Shown here piece by piece: positions 36,752 through 47,160 of a DNA stretch of 59,898 nucleotides. The notes below the pieces were generated by a model that had not been told where the DNA came from, searched no databases, and was given only the letters and a program-made list of their open reading frames with translations. Each line of letters opens with the position of its first letter. The stretch's first letter is position 1. This DNA comes from Actinomycetes bacterium (lineage in GTDB: Bacteria; Actinomycetota; Acidimicrobiia; Acidimicrobiales; JAKAVM01). The position numbers and the translations under genes were made by a program. The DNA is taken from NCBI GenBank assembly GCA_021827485.1, contig JAKAVM010000058.1:1-59898 (forward strand). Direction: 5' to 3'.

Positions 36752-36773
36752 AAGTTGCAAAGCAACAACCTAC

Positions 36774-36823
36774 TCGAAAGCCCAACCGTGTTCGAAAGCC
36801 CGCGCTTATTCGAAAGCCCAACC
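36774..36823. repeat. 18-bp-period degenerate repeat, 3 copies
   Basis: tcgaaagccc at 36774, 36792 and 36810. Confidence 0.7.
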
Positions 36824-36890
36824 TTGATCGACTAAGATTTGGGACTATTTTAGTCGGCGAGTTCTAAGATATGCTAGAACTGATTTCCTA

Positions 36891-37904
36891 ATGCAAGTAA
36901 GACGTATTGTCCGCAAACTGCTTTTGGCCCCAAGTTCCAACTCCGCATCAACAGGCGATGACTCTCTAGCCACCAGTAACGATATTATATGGTGTTATCG
37001 GCTTCTCCTTGGACGGGAACCCGAGGCCCATGGACAGCGCGGATACGAAGCGTTACTCGATAGTGGCAGATTGACCAGGCGCGAACTGGTCGGTTTTTTT
37101 CTCTCATCTCCTGAGTTTACCAATCGGCTTCTTAGTACTTATCAGTGGGCTGTTGGTGCACCAGAGCCAGTAGAGGTTGGCCCTCTTACTTACTACGTTG
37201 GGGCTAACGACACTTCGATCGGTTCTCACCTTCGACAAGATGGGGAGTACGAACCTCATGTGACTTTCCAAATTCGCAACCTCCTCAAACCTGGACAAAG
37301 ATTTGTGGATGTGGGTGCCTCCTTTGGGTACTTTGCCACTTTGGCTGGAAGTATTGTGGGGTCAGATGGGGAGGTTATAGCTTTCGAACCTGGACCACAA
37401 AACCAGTCTCTGCTATTACTCAATCTTGCAAAGAACGGCGTAACACAACCTGAGGTGCATCCAGTAGCGCTAAGCGACTCGCCGGGATTTCTCACTTATT
37501 CCAGCTCCGGAGCAAATGGCTTTGTAACTCCTTTCTTAGGTGACCCGTCCGAATTAGCTACTCGCACTCTTGTACGCTGTGAGACACTCGACAAAATCAT
37601 AGGTGATCGTCAAGTCGATATGATGAAGATTGATGTTGAAGGAGCTGAAGGTCTCGTGCTCAGAGGAGGAGAAGCTACTATCAAGCGTTGCCACCCTATA
37701 CTACTTATGGAGTTCTCCCCGCCTAGCCTTAAATCCACTTCGGGGATGAGTGGTGAAGAGTTCCTCGATCTTCTAGAACCCAACGGATACAAATTTGACA
37801 TTGTTAGCTTGTCTCCCCGAAAAGCGACAAGCCCTGCTGACATAATGAAAGCATTTTCTTCCACTTCGAATGACCATATCGACATTATTGCCTGGGTGGA
37901 CTAA
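36891..37904 (+). CDS. FkbM family methyltransferase with N-terminal DUF4214-like region
   Basis: YRLLLGREPE...SPEF, FVDVGASFGY, AFEP, KIDVEGAE. Confidence 0.88.
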   Translation: MQVRRIVRKLLLAPSSNSASTGDDSLATSNDIIWCYRLLLGREPEAHGQRGYEALLDSGRLTRRELVGFFLSSPEFTNRLLSTYQWAVGAPEPVEVGPLTYYVGANDTSIGSHLRQDGEYEPHVTFQIRNLLKPGQRFVDVGASFGYFATLAGSIVGSDGEVIAFEPGPQNQSLLLLNLAKNGVTQPEVHPVALSDSPGFLTYSSSGANGFVTPFLGDPSELATRTLVRCETLDKIIGDRQVDMMKIDVEGAEGLVLRGGEATIKRCHPILLMEFSPPSLKSTSGMSGEEFLDLLEPNGYKFDIVSLSPRKATSPADIMKAFSSTSNDHIDIIAWVD

Positions 37905-38026
37905 AGGCTCGACGAACCGTAGTGGAGAGTAGGTCTGTACGGAAAGTACTAAGAAAAAATCCCAATCCTTTTGAAAGTTACCCCGCTATATGCATTTAGC
38001 TCGCTACCTGTATCATATGTTTTCAC

Positions 38027-39733
38027 ATGTCAGAAAATGAAAATCGGTTGGCTAAATACAACAAGCCTGGTGGCGCAAAGAAGCCGCCCAATACAGTTAC
38101 TCGTCGGTCTTTACTCAAGAAAAGCACAATAGGACTTACTTCTGCCGCGATCGTTGGAGCCGGAGGATTTGAAGCATGGTCGCAAGTTATTAGACCCGCT
38201 CTCAGAAAAACAAAAGCAACTCCACCAAAGCGCCATAACGTACCGACTACAACTGAGCCAGCAGTGTTTTCTACCACTATGGCAAACGGGATGCCGCTTC
38301 CAACTGCCACATGGGTGGCTAAAGAAAACTCGTTACAGGGATCCACTGGTTGGATGGTAATCGAAAGGAAAGTCATTCCCCATGCCATCGAAGGATTTGC
38401 TAGCCAAGTCAGCGCAGTGCAAGGCGATACAATATCACTTTATGTAAATACGGTAGCTCCAAGTTTTTACGTTCAGGCATATCGTATGGGCTGGTATGGA
38501 GGTACTGGTGGGAGGCTCATCTGGACCTCTCAAGAAATACCCGGCAGGCAGCAACCACCTCCAACTTTCACTCCTGGCATAAATATGGTCGAGTGTCATT
38601 GGGAGCCATCTCTGTCGATAGATATAACTGCCGAGTGGGTTCCAGGCGTATACCTTCTAAAAATGATTGGAGCAGATGGCCAAGCACAAGTAACCCCAAT
38701 AACGATAAGAAACGATGCTTCAACCGCAGCTTTCCTGTTCATGAATAGCGTAACCACTTGGCAAGCCTATAATCTCTGGGGAGGATATAGTCTGTATTAT
38801 GGTGATACTGGAAACTCCAAATCCTTTGCAAACCGCTCTAGAGTTGTATCATTTGACAGACCCTATCCATGGAACTGGGCAAGTGGTGCAGCCGATCTGA
38901 TCGGCAACGAATTTCCACTTCTATTGCTTATGGAAAAGAATGGACTTGACGTCACCTATTGGACCGATATTGATCTTCACACCGCAACACCTTCACAACT
39001 TACGAAACACAGCGCTCTGCTTAGCTTGGGACATGATGAATACTGGTCTGTTCAGATGAGGGATAATGCGACAGCTGCTCGTGACGCAGGAGTAAACTTG
39101 GCTTTTTTTGGGGCAAATGCTTGTTTTAGACGCATTAGAATGGGATCTTCACCAATTGGACCAAATCGCCATCAGATATGTTACAAAGTAGCGTCTGAAG
39201 ACCCTTATTACGGAGTGGACAATTCTTTGATTACTGCTAACTGGCCAGACCCTCCAGATGCCGACCCCGAAAGCTCGCTAATTGGCGATATGTATCAGTC
39301 AAATCCAGTGCTTGCAGACCTGGTTGTTACCAACCCTTCGGCTTGGATTTACTCTGGAACGGAATTATCTCAAGGTGCAAAACTCAAAGGAGTTGTTGGC
39401 AGCGAATATGACAGATATGACCCTCAGGTCAAGAGCCCAGCCAATCTTGAAATCTTTGCACATTCACCTCTCGTATGTAATGGCAATCCGGACCACAGTG
39501 ATGTTACTTGGTACACTGCTCCAAGTGGTGCAGGGGTATTTGCCTCTGGAACCAATCTTTGGATTGCCAAATTAGTGGAGGCTTCTTTGATTCCGCCATT
39601 GCTTCTTCCTGGAACATTCCCTGGGGTAACAGGACCTTTGACCACGATGACGCTGAACCTACTTTCTGCAATTGGGTTTGGACCAGCCGGTCGAAGTTAT
39701 CCATCTAATCCCAACTGGACGCAATACTACTAG
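38027..39733 (+). CDS. Tat-exported N,N-dimethylformamidase beta-subunit-like protein
   Basis: TRRSLLK twin-Arg, [36 protein letters not shown]. Confidence 0.8.
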   Translation: MSENENRLAKYNKPGGAKKPPNTVTRRSLLKKSTIGLTSAAIVGAGGFEAWSQVIRPALRKTKATPPKRHNVPTTTEPAVFSTTMANGMPLPTATWVAKENSLQGSTGWMVIERKVIPHAIEGFASQVSAVQGDTISLYVNTVAPSFYVQAYRMGWYGGTGGRLIWTSQEIPGRQQPPPTFTPGINMVECHWEPSLSIDITAEWVPGVYLLKMIGADGQAQVTPITIRNDASTAAFLFMNSVTTWQAYNLWGGYSLYYGDTGNSKSFANRSRVVSFDRPYPWNWASGAADLIGNEFPLLLLMEKNGLDVTYWTDIDLHTATPSQLTKHSALLSLGHDEYWSVQMRDNATAARDAGVNLAFFGANACFRRIRMGSSPIGPNRHQICYKVASEDPYYGVDNSLITANWPDPPDADPESSLIGDMYQSNPVLADLVVTNPSAWIYSGTELSQGAKLKGVVGSEYDRYDPQVKSPANLEIFAHSPLVCNGNPDHSDVTWYTAPSGAGVFASGTNLWIAKLVEASLIPPLLLPGTFPGVTGPLTTMTLNLLSAIGFGPAGRSYPSNPNWTQYY

Positions 39734-39741
39734 TTTTTCCT

Positions 39742-40383
39742 GTGAACCAGCTACTCGAAATCCCAACCTTGACAGGTATCCTAGTCCGACTAGAACCACT
39801 TAGCGAAAAACATATTGACTCACTTACTTCGGCATCCATGTTCGACCGAAGTACGTATAAATATGCAAATGTCCCTGAAGGATACATTGGTGTTGAAGCT
39901 TATGTTCGTTCCTTGGTCGAGGCTAGTAAAAGGGGCGATACATTGCCGTTCGCCCAAGTTAGTATCGCGGACAATGTTGTTATCGGTGTCACTCGATATT
40001 TAAACCTGCGGTATCGCGAAGGCGCGACATTGCCATTTGCTGTCGAAATTGGTGGGACGTGGCTCGCCCTTTTTGCCCAAGGCAGCGGTGCCAATCTAGA
40101 AGCCAAATTACTTTTGATGAATCACGCCTTCGATAATTGGGCCGTAGAGCGAGTGGATATCAAGACCGATTCCCGTAACCTTCAGGCAAGAAGAGCAATT
40201 GAGGGGCTGGGAGCACATTTCGAAGGCGTATTACGAAGTTGGCAACCGTCACAGGTACGTGGTGAAGAACAACTCTATCGTGATAGCGCAATGTACTCTA
40301 TTATTCGCTCGGATTGGGACACAACCCGTGAGGCATTGACTTATCGTCTCCAACAAAAGCTTGCTTCTATAAATCAACAATAG
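39742..40383 (+). CDS. GNAT N-acetyltransferase (RimJ/RimL-like)
   Basis: VRLEPL, EIGGTWL, KTD.RN....AIE.LGA.FEG.LR. Confidence 0.9.
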   Translation: MNQLLEIPTLTGILVRLEPLSEKHIDSLTSASMFDRSTYKYANVPEGYIGVEAYVRSLVEASKRGDTLPFAQVSIADNVVIGVTRYLNLRYREGATLPFAVEIGGTWLALFAQGSGANLEAKLLLMNHAFDNWAVERVDIKTDSRNLQARRAIEGLGAHFEGVLRSWQPSQVRGEEQLYRDSAMYSIIRSDWDTTREALTYRLQQKLASINQQ

Positions 40384-40448
40384 ACCCCAACAAACTACCG
40401 ACCGACTTTGTGTTCTCGGGAGGCTCGGCAACAAGAAGAACCGGCTTG

Positions 40449-40706
40449 TTAACTGGCTGCACCTTTGAAAGTAGCATCGCCAAAGGTGTAAACACCGCCA
40501 TTGGAAGTTATCAGAATGTATCCTTTTCCGTCAGGGGTTGCTTGAATGGAGACAACAGGTCCGTTTACGTTCAAGTTTATTCCAGATCCATAGAACCCAG
40601 CATCGCCAAAAGCATAAACGCTGCCATTCTCGCCGACCTCCCAGTAACCCTTTCCATCGGGAGTAGATGCGATAGCGGACACCGGAGAGGTTATTAGCTT
40701 GCCCCC
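40449..40706 (-). pseudogene. Orphan C-terminal fragment of a GYW-repeat surface protein
   Basis: Two TPDGKGY...G.VY.FGDA.F.G repeats, no signal peptide, in-frame stop at 40707-40709 just past the tRNA 3' end. Confidence 0.7.
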
Positions 40707-40723
40707 TTACCTGATATACCTTG

Positions 40724-40797
40724 CGCGCTCGGAGGGATTCGAACCCCCAACCTTCTGATCCGTAGTCAGATGCTCTGTCCAATTGAGCTACGAGCGC
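40724..40797 (-). tRNA. tRNA-Arg(ACG)
   Basis: GCGCTCG/CGAGCGC acceptor, TAGCTCAATTGG D-arm, TCTGA-CTACGGA-TCAGA anticodon arm, GGTTCGAATCC; CCA not encoded. Confidence 0.97.
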
Positions 40798-40889
40798 TGG
40801 TAGGCTGCCATTAAACGACCGAACACTAAAAGGTCCGGTGAAGCAACATTCAACTTGAAAGACTACCCTAATCTTCGCTACACATTCTA

Positions 40890-41082
40890 GTGAGGCCCAG
40901 GAAGTCCATGCATCAGATATTGTGAGGCCCAGGAAGTCCGATGGAACATATTTCAAGACCCAAGGCCCAGGAAGTCCGATGGAACATATTTCAAGACCCA
41001 AGGCCCAGGAAGTCCGATGGGACATATTTCAAGACCCAAGGCCCAGGAAGTCCATGCATCAGATATTGTGAGGCCCAGGAAG
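40890..41082. repeat. Composite tandem repeat with core AGGCCCAGGAAG x6 (periods 32,38,38,38,32)
   Basis: Cores at 40893, 40925, 40963, 41001, 41039 and 41071, with two alternating linker types. Confidence 0.9.
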
Positions 41083-41159
41083 ATCTCTGCCAAATCCTTT
41101 GCTTGATTATCAGGTAAGTTTGTTAGACATGCGAATGCTCCACAAAAACAGATAACGAG

Positions 41160-42206
41160 ATGCAAATTGGACTTCTAACTGGTGGGGGTGATTGTCCCGG
41201 CCTAAATGCAGTTATCCGGGCCGTGGTCCGTAAAGGCCAGATCCAATACGGAGATCTACTCACAGGATTTCGAGATGGTTGGAGGGGTCTTATTGACAAC
41301 GACGCCATTGAGCTTGACGTTGAGAGCTGTCGAGGGATCCTTCCTAAGGGAGGAACAATACTTGGTACATCCAGAACTAACCCTCTCAAGCTTGAAGGTG
41401 GAATAGAAAAAGTAAAAGAAACAATACGTTCTCGAAATCTCGATGGGCTGATTGTTATTGGTGGAGATGATACTCTCGGGGTAGCGCACGAACTATCTCT
41501 ACACGATATAGAGAATGAACTACCTATTATTGTAGGAGTTCCGAAAACTATTGATAATGACCTGGCTGCCACCGAAGTAACTTTTGGTTTCCATACTGCC
41601 GTCCAGATCGCCACAGATGCAATTGACCGTCTGCATACTACGGCAGAGTCCCATGACCGAGTTATAGTCTGTGAGGTTATGGGTCGCCATGCTGGCTGGA
41701 TTGCAACTTACGCTGGGATTGCAGGTGGGGCCGCTGAGATCCTCATTCCGGAAGAACCTTTTGACATTGGAGAAATCTGTACGAAATTGACTGAGAGGCA
41801 CAAGAAAGGCCGCTATGCCTCAGTCGTAGTTATCGCTGAAGGAGCAATCCCTAAAGATGGTACTATGCAAACTGTCGCATCAGGACTTGATCAGTTCGGT
41901 CACGTTCGACTAGGTGGGATTGGGGCCTTATTAGCCGCTGAAATCGAACAAAGGACAGGAATGGAGTCCCGTGTAACTATCTTGGGCCACATTCAAAGGG
42001 GGGGTACGCCAACGGCCTTCGACCGAGTTCTTGCAACAAGATTTGGAGTCGCCGCGATCGATGCAGTCCATGATCGAGCAGCTAACACAATGGTTGCCCT
42101 TGAAGCTGGCTCTATTATCAGAGTTCCACTTGCTCAAGCCATCGCACAGCCAAAGACGGTAGATCCCAAACTGCTGCACGACGTTGCAGGATTGTTTTTC
42201 TCCTAA
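41160..42206 (+). CDS. pfkA: 6-phosphofructokinase, PPi-type signature
   Basis: TGGGDCPGLN, GGDDT, PKTIDND, MGRHAG, LGHIQRGG. Confidence 0.93.
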   Translation: MQIGLLTGGGDCPGLNAVIRAVVRKGQIQYGDLLTGFRDGWRGLIDNDAIELDVESCRGILPKGGTILGTSRTNPLKLEGGIEKVKETIRSRNLDGLIVIGGDDTLGVAHELSLHDIENELPIIVGVPKTIDNDLAATEVTFGFHTAVQIATDAIDRLHTTAESHDRVIVCEVMGRHAGWIATYAGIAGGAAEILIPEEPFDIGEICTKLTERHKKGRYASVVVIAEGAIPKDGTMQTVASGLDQFGHVRLGGIGALLAAEIEQRTGMESRVTILGHIQRGGTPTAFDRVLATRFGVAAIDAVHDRAANTMVALEAGSIIRVPLAQAIAQPKTVDPKLLHDVAGLFFS

Positions 42207-42212
42207 AAACCC

Positions 42213-42363
42213 TCGGCACCCAACCACAAGGCCCGGCACCCATCCACACAACACTTGCCGCTCTTCGGCACCCAACCACAAGGCCCGGCACCCATCCACA
42301 CAACACTTGCCGCTCTTCGGCACCCATCCACAAGGCCCGGCACCCATCCACACAACACTTGCC
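42213..42363. repeat. 52-bp tandem repeat x3 between convergent genes
   Basis: tcggcaccca(a/t)ccacaaggcccggcacccatccacacaacacttgcc at 42213, 42265 and 42317. Confidence 0.9.
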
Positions 42364-42392
42364 ATCCATCGCGACTCCATGCCACGACATTT

Positions 42393-44381
42393 TTAGGCTT
42401 TTTGCGCTTTAGAGTAGGAACTCGCCTCCAGCATCTGATCTCTCGTCATTCTCGCCGCCCGCTTGGCCTCATACATAGCTTCATCAGCTTGCTTTACCAG
42501 TTCCATTGGATCTGTTTCTGCCCCACACTGAGTTAGTGCTACACCGATTGACGCACTTAGAGATATAGTTTTGTCTCGTGCCACGATTGAGCGAGAAGAT
42601 ACTGCTTTGCTAATTCGATCAGATACTTCCTGGCTTTGGGCGCTGTGATCTGCACAGAGTACTAGGAGAAACTCATCGCCTCCAAGACGGCCGATTACGT
42701 CACAATCCCCAGTTGCTTCTACAAGTGCATTTGCCGTTGCTTTGATAGCGGCATCGCCAGCTTCATGCCCGTAAGTATCGTTAAAAGGCTTCAGCCCATC
42801 GAGATCAACAAAAAGCACCGCAACGGTTTCCCCTTGATTCCTACGCCTACTCACGTCATGATCAAGATAATCAAGCACAGCAGCGCGGTTGAGCAATCCC
42901 GTAAGACGGTCATGGGTAGCCGCTTCATGGAGTTGCTTGCGTTGAAGTTCGCGTTCACGTATTACCGAAGCCAAGTGATCAACCGTGGCTTGCAACGCCT
43001 CGCCGGTCTTACCGGGCAAGGGAACTTGTAAGTCGGGATGGCTTATATCCTCGGCAGCAAGAGCCATCGTAGTCGTCTCCACGGCTTTCAACGTAGACGT
43101 CATCTCATTAAATGCAATTGTCGTAAGAGCAACCTCTTGAGGTCCGGTCTCGGCAAGCTTTTCGAGGTTGAACTCACCTGAATGCACGCGCTGCGCAGCA
43201 TCCGACAAGCCTTTGAGGGGTTTAGTAAGCGTTCTTCCGGCAAAAATGATTCCGCCTATACTTATGACCAACAGAACAAAAAGCAAAACAACTTCACTAA
43301 TAAACTGGTTAGATGCACTAGCCGCTTGAGAGTTAGCTACATTGAAAAGGTCTAAGGATGCTGAGCGGACCAAGCTACTTAGCTTGTCCAGATATGTAAG
43401 GCCATTGCGCATTGCCTGTCCTGCGAGAGAGACATTCGAAGCAAAAGCGGGTTGGCCCCCATATAGAGCCGTGTAGATACCTTGGGCAATCGTGAAATTA
43501 AAGCTCTTGCTTGCTTGGCTTGCTTTGAGTTCTTGCCACGCTTTGTTTCCCAGGGGACCCAGGTTGTTCTGAAATTCCGAAGCGGCGCTAGCAAAAGTCC
43601 CTGCTGCCTGTATTAGCTCAAGCTTAGCTGGCGCTCCTTCCTCGCCTTCATTGACGTAGATCGCCCCTTCTATTTCATTGCCACCATTGAGAAATGCAAC
43701 ATAGGTTTGACGTAATGCATCCAGATGGATCGAAAATGACCCGGGAGGCTGCCAAGTCTTAATATTATCTTGCAGTTTTGCAAAATCTGCGTACCATAGA
43801 TTATCAATATCTTGGGCATACTTTGTCATGAATGTCTTTACATCGTTGAACGATATTGCGTCAATTGGAATCTTCGGCAGTATCGAATAAAGCTCATTAG
43901 TATCAGCCCGCAACCTAGGAGTAGAAACGAAAACAGGATCGCTCTGTATGGAAGCTTTGCCTGTCTTCAAATAGTTGGGAAAATTTAGGTGGAGAAGTTG
44001 ACCTAGCTCGGTTTCATCTACACCAATTTGAGCAGCGAACGATACTGCCATTGCCGGTACCCGAATGTCATTTACCTTGGCCCTGGCAAATGCGACCCTT
44101 TCCAACTGTTGTGCATCAAGTGCAGCGGCCCGAGCGCCTTGGCGATTGTTCCACTGGGTATATGCCGCCATCCCAGTCAAGATCCCCGTTGCTATCAACG
44201 GCAGCAGTACAACAAGCACCAAAATAGAGCGGACTTTGAGCCGAAATCGTGACCGATCTGATGGGTGGTCAGGCGTCGTCGAAGCCGTGCCAGCCCCTCG
44301 GCCAGTATCCACGGGTCGCGCTAAGTCGTCTGGTGGATAGGCTCTGTTATGGGCTTTAGGGTCTGAACTGGGAACTGACAT
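42393..44381 (-). CDS. Membrane sensor diguanylate cyclase (2 TM, HAMP, GGDEF)
   Basis: HDRLTGLLNR, DLDGLKPFNDTYGH..GD, RLGGDEF. Confidence 0.93.
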   Translation of the reverse strand: MSVPSSDPKAHNRAYPPDDLARPVDTGRGAGTASTTPDHPSDRSRFRLKVRSILVLVVLLPLIATGILTGMAAYTQWNNRQGARAAALDAQQLERVAFARAKVNDIRVPAMAVSFAAQIGVDETELGQLLHLNFPNYLKTGKASIQSDPVFVSTPRLRADTNELYSILPKIPIDAISFNDVKTFMTKYAQDIDNLWYADFAKLQDNIKTWQPPGSFSIHLDALRQTYVAFLNGGNEIEGAIYVNEGEEGAPAKLELIQAAGTFASAASEFQNNLGPLGNKAWQELKASQASKSFNFTIAQGIYTALYGGQPAFASNVSLAGQAMRNGLTYLDKLSSLVRSASLDLFNVANSQAASASNQFISEVVLLFVLLVISIGGIIFAGRTLTKPLKGLSDAAQRVHSGEFNLEKLAETGPQEVALTTIAFNEMTSTLKAVETTTMALAAEDISHPDLQVPLPGKTGEALQATVDHLASVIRERELQRKQLHEAATHDRLTGLLNRAAVLDYLDHDVSRRRNQGETVAVLFVDLDGLKPFNDTYGHEAGDAAIKATANALVEATGDCDVIGRLGGDEFLLVLCADHSAQSQEVSDRISKAVSSRSIVARDKTISLSASIGVALTQCGAETDPMELVKQADEAMYEAKRAARMTRDQMLEASSYSKAQKA

Positions 44382-44521
44382 CGCACTCTCAATATTTATT
44401 TACAGCTAATTGATCTCTAAAATTGTAATGGACCGTCAGAAAATGTCCAGGGCGATCTGCAAAAAGCTTCCCTTAGTGCAAAACTAGTAAATCAGAAAGC
44501 AAGGCTCCGAGGAGGATCCAG

Positions 44522-45454
44522 ATGATTGACGTATCAAACCTATCCAAGAGCTTTGGCAACACTAAGGCGATAGATGGGCTTTCCTTCCAAGTTCAACCCG
44601 GACAGATAACTGGATTCCTTGGACCCAACGGTTCGGGAAAGTCCACAACAATGCGAATAATCATGGGATTAGATTGGCCTGATGCGGGCCAGGCGCTAAT
44701 TAATGGCAGACCCTTTGCAAAGTTGACCAACCCGTTATATGAGGTTGGGGCGCTCTTAGACGCAAGAGCTTTCCATGGGGGGCGAAGTGCATATAACCAC
44801 TTGTTGTACTTGGCTCAGAGTAACCATATTCCACCTAAACGAGTCGACGAAGTACTGGAGTTGGTTGGACTGTCATCTGTTGCGCGCAAAAAGGCCGGGA
44901 CTTTTTCCATGGGTATGGGGCAACGCCTAGGGATAGCTAGTGCTTTGTTGGGTGACCCAGGAATATTACTTTTTGATGAACCAGTAAACGGCTTGGATCC
45001 GGAAGGGATCTTATGGGTGAGAAACTTTTTAAAGTCTTTGGCTAGCCAAGGACGAACTGTCCTAGTTTCAAGTCATCTAATGAGTGAGATGGCGCTAACC
45101 GCAGATAGCGTTGTAGTAATTGGCCGAGGCAGACTAATTGACTCTGCTCCAATCGATCAGTTCATAGGTAGAAGTACCCAGAGCTTTGTAATAGTCAAAA
45201 CTCCTGATTCTTCGTCTTTACAAGATATATTGCGTCAGAACGGCGCGTCTGTAAAAGCAAGAGATGACGGCTCGCTTGAAGTAACAAATATGAATTGTCC
45301 GCAAGTTGGGGAGTTGGCTGCTTCAAATTCATTAGTTCTACACGAATTATATTTGCATGAACCGTCTCTCGAATCTGCATATATGGAACTTACCCAGGAG
45401 GATGTTGAATTTCAATCTGTGATTAGCACGCAAGCCGTGCATGCGTCGAACTAA
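44522..45454 (+). CDS. ABC transporter ATP-binding protein (BcrA-like)
   Basis: GPNGSGKST, FSMGMGQR, DEPVNGLD, SSH. Confidence 0.95.
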   Translation: MIDVSNLSKSFGNTKAIDGLSFQVQPGQITGFLGPNGSGKSTTMRIIMGLDWPDAGQALINGRPFAKLTNPLYEVGALLDARAFHGGRSAYNHLLYLAQSNHIPPKRVDEVLELVGLSSVARKKAGTFSMGMGQRLGIASALLGDPGILLFDEPVNGLDPEGILWVRNFLKSLASQGRTVLVSSHLMSEMALTADSVVVIGRGRLIDSAPIDQFIGRSTQSFVIVKTPDSSSLQDILRQNGASVKARDDGSLEVTNMNCPQVGELAASNSLVLHELYLHEPSLESAYMELTQEDVEFQSVISTQAVHASN

Positions 45455-45476
45455 TTTTGTGATTACCTAGGTTGCA

Positions 45477-46334
45477 TTGAAAGAAGATAATATAAATATG
45501 ACCACAACTACTATTACATCGAATTCATCAAATACCGATTCCAAACAAGCATCTAGTGCTTTCCCTGATCTTCTTAGATCTGAATGGACGAAGTTCAGAT
45601 CAGTCAAATCATCACTTTGGAGCCTTATTGTCGCCAACGGAATAACCATCGTGCTCAGTGTTGTCATCTGTCAAGCAATTGTAAGTCGTTGGAACCAACG
45701 ACCACTTGCCGAAAGATTGATTTTTGACCCAACAGCTCGAAGCCTAACGGGGATCTTCTTAGCTCAACTCGCAATTGGGGTTCTGGGCGTATTGGTTATC
45801 ACCTCAGAGTATTCAAGCGGGACGATTAGGGCTACCTTTACTGCTAGACCGCAACGGAATCTCGTATTGGCCGCCAAGGCTATCGTTTTTGCAGTGGTTA
45901 CGTTCATAACATGTCTCATTGCAATACTTATTGCATTTGCAGTCGGCCAAGCAATTTTTACTCAAGTTGGCGCTGGCGCATCCATAACTTCGCCAGGAGT
46001 TCTGCGCTCAATTATTGGCAGCACTCTTTATCTGACAGTTGGAGGGCTGCTTGCGCTGGGACTCGGCACACTTGTGCGTCACACTGCTGGTGGAATTACT
46101 TGCTTTGTTGGAATGATTCTTGTGCTGCCAGGAATAGTTAATGCGCTTCCATCTCCGTGGTCTTATGACATTGGGAAGTTTTTACCAAGTGAAGCAGGTC
46201 TAGTAGTTACTTCGGTTGTTCGTGATGGAGCTGGCCATCTGTTGGGGCCTTGGACAGGATTCTTAGTTTTTTGTGCTTGGGCAGCAGTGGCTCTGGTTTT
46301 AGCGGGTTGGACGCTGCATCGCAGGGATGCATAG
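45477..46334 (+). CDS. ABC-2 type permease
   Basis: SEWTKFRS, SEYSSGTIR, six TMs, RRDA terminus. Confidence 0.92.
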   Translation: MKEDNINMTTTTITSNSSNTDSKQASSAFPDLLRSEWTKFRSVKSSLWSLIVANGITIVLSVVICQAIVSRWNQRPLAERLIFDPTARSLTGIFLAQLAIGVLGVLVITSEYSSGTIRATFTARPQRNLVLAAKAIVFAVVTFITCLIAILIAFAVGQAIFTQVGAGASITSPGVLRSIIGSTLYLTVGGLLALGLGTLVRHTAGGITCFVGMILVLPGIVNALPSPWSYDIGKFLPSEAGLVVTSVVRDGAGHLLGPWTGFLVFCAWAAVALVLAGWTLHRRDA

Positions 46335-46387
46335 CAGCTAATTCTAGCGGGCTGGACGTTGCATCGCAGGTATGCATAGCAGCTAAT
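46300..46387 (+). repeat. 45-bp-period duplication of the permease 3' end and stop
   Basis: tagcggg.tggacg.tgcatcgcagg.atgcatagcagctaat occurs twice. Confidence 0.85.
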
Positions 46388-46427
46388 CGCTGCTATGACG
46401 GATATCTGGCGGGCCAGTAGATAAACT

Positions 46428-47042
46428 TTGACGGTGACTTACCACCCACACTCATTAGACCAGAGACTTTACCTAGACGTAAATCACTTTGCTCGCTCTA
46501 CCGCCTGGCTGCACTCGGTTGCAGCCCCTTTTGCGCTTTGGATAGGGGTTACCATCCTTGGTGTAATCCTTATTATCGGTTGCTGGATCTCTCGAAAAGC
46601 ACAAGATCCTGTGCTAGCAGTCTCCAAGGCGCTATGGGTTGGTGTTGCGTGCTTTATCTCTCTAGGAGCAAATCAAATCGTCGCCCATTTGGTAAAGAGA
46701 GTCCGCCCTTATTACACCATGCCTCACGTCGAAGTACTGGTTGCAAAGGCCCACGACTATACGTTCCCATCGGATCACGCTGTAGTAGCGGGGACCGTCA
46801 TCGCTGGAATGTGGCTAGTTTCGAAGCGGCTTGCGTGGATCGCAACAGTTGTGGGGCTAGTACTTGGCTTTGCCCGAGTCTATGTTGGTGCACACTACCC
46901 GTCAGACGTGGTCGCAGGCTTACTGTTAGGTGCTGCGATCTGCCTGGTGCTCGCCAAGCCAATGACCCGGTTAATCAAGTTTTTTGTATCGGCAATTGTC
47001 AAGACTCCACTTAGACCATTAGTTATAGCCAAACGCGATTGA
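46428..47042 (+). CDS. PAP2 phosphatase (undecaprenyl-PP phosphatase/BcrC-like)
   Basis: RVRPY, FPSDH, ARVYVGAHYPSDV. Confidence 0.9.
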   Translation: MTVTYHPHSLDQRLYLDVNHFARSTAWLHSVAAPFALWIGVTILGVILIIGCWISRKAQDPVLAVSKALWVGVACFISLGANQIVAHLVKRVRPYYTMPHVEVLVAKAHDYTFPSDHAVVAGTVIAGMWLVSKRLAWIATVVGLVLGFARVYVGAHYPSDVVAGLLLGAAICLVLAKPMTRLIKFFVSAIVKTPLRPLVIAKRD

Positions 47043-47116
47043 CCTGAGAGTTGTTATCCCACTTCACCTTCAGGTTGTTAGGCTGACGGTAAGGTGACAC
47101 GCCACTATTTCTAGCT

Positions 47117-47145
47117 GTTAGCCCGCTCCCCCTATAGCGGGCTAA
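47117..47145. terminator. Hairpin between convergent genes (likely intrinsic terminator)
   Basis: GTTAGCCCGCT-cccctat-AGCGGGCTAAC 11-bp stem. Confidence 0.75.
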
Positions 47146-47160
47146 CTAACCAAAATAACT

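Noticed and set aside
40890-41082. CRISPR array
   Set aside because: Inter-core sequences are themselves repeated (two types only), the core is short, and there are no cas genes.
42118-42536. Several overlapping ORFs across the 52-bp repeat
   Set aside because: They are translations of the repeat and overlap pfk or the DGC gene.
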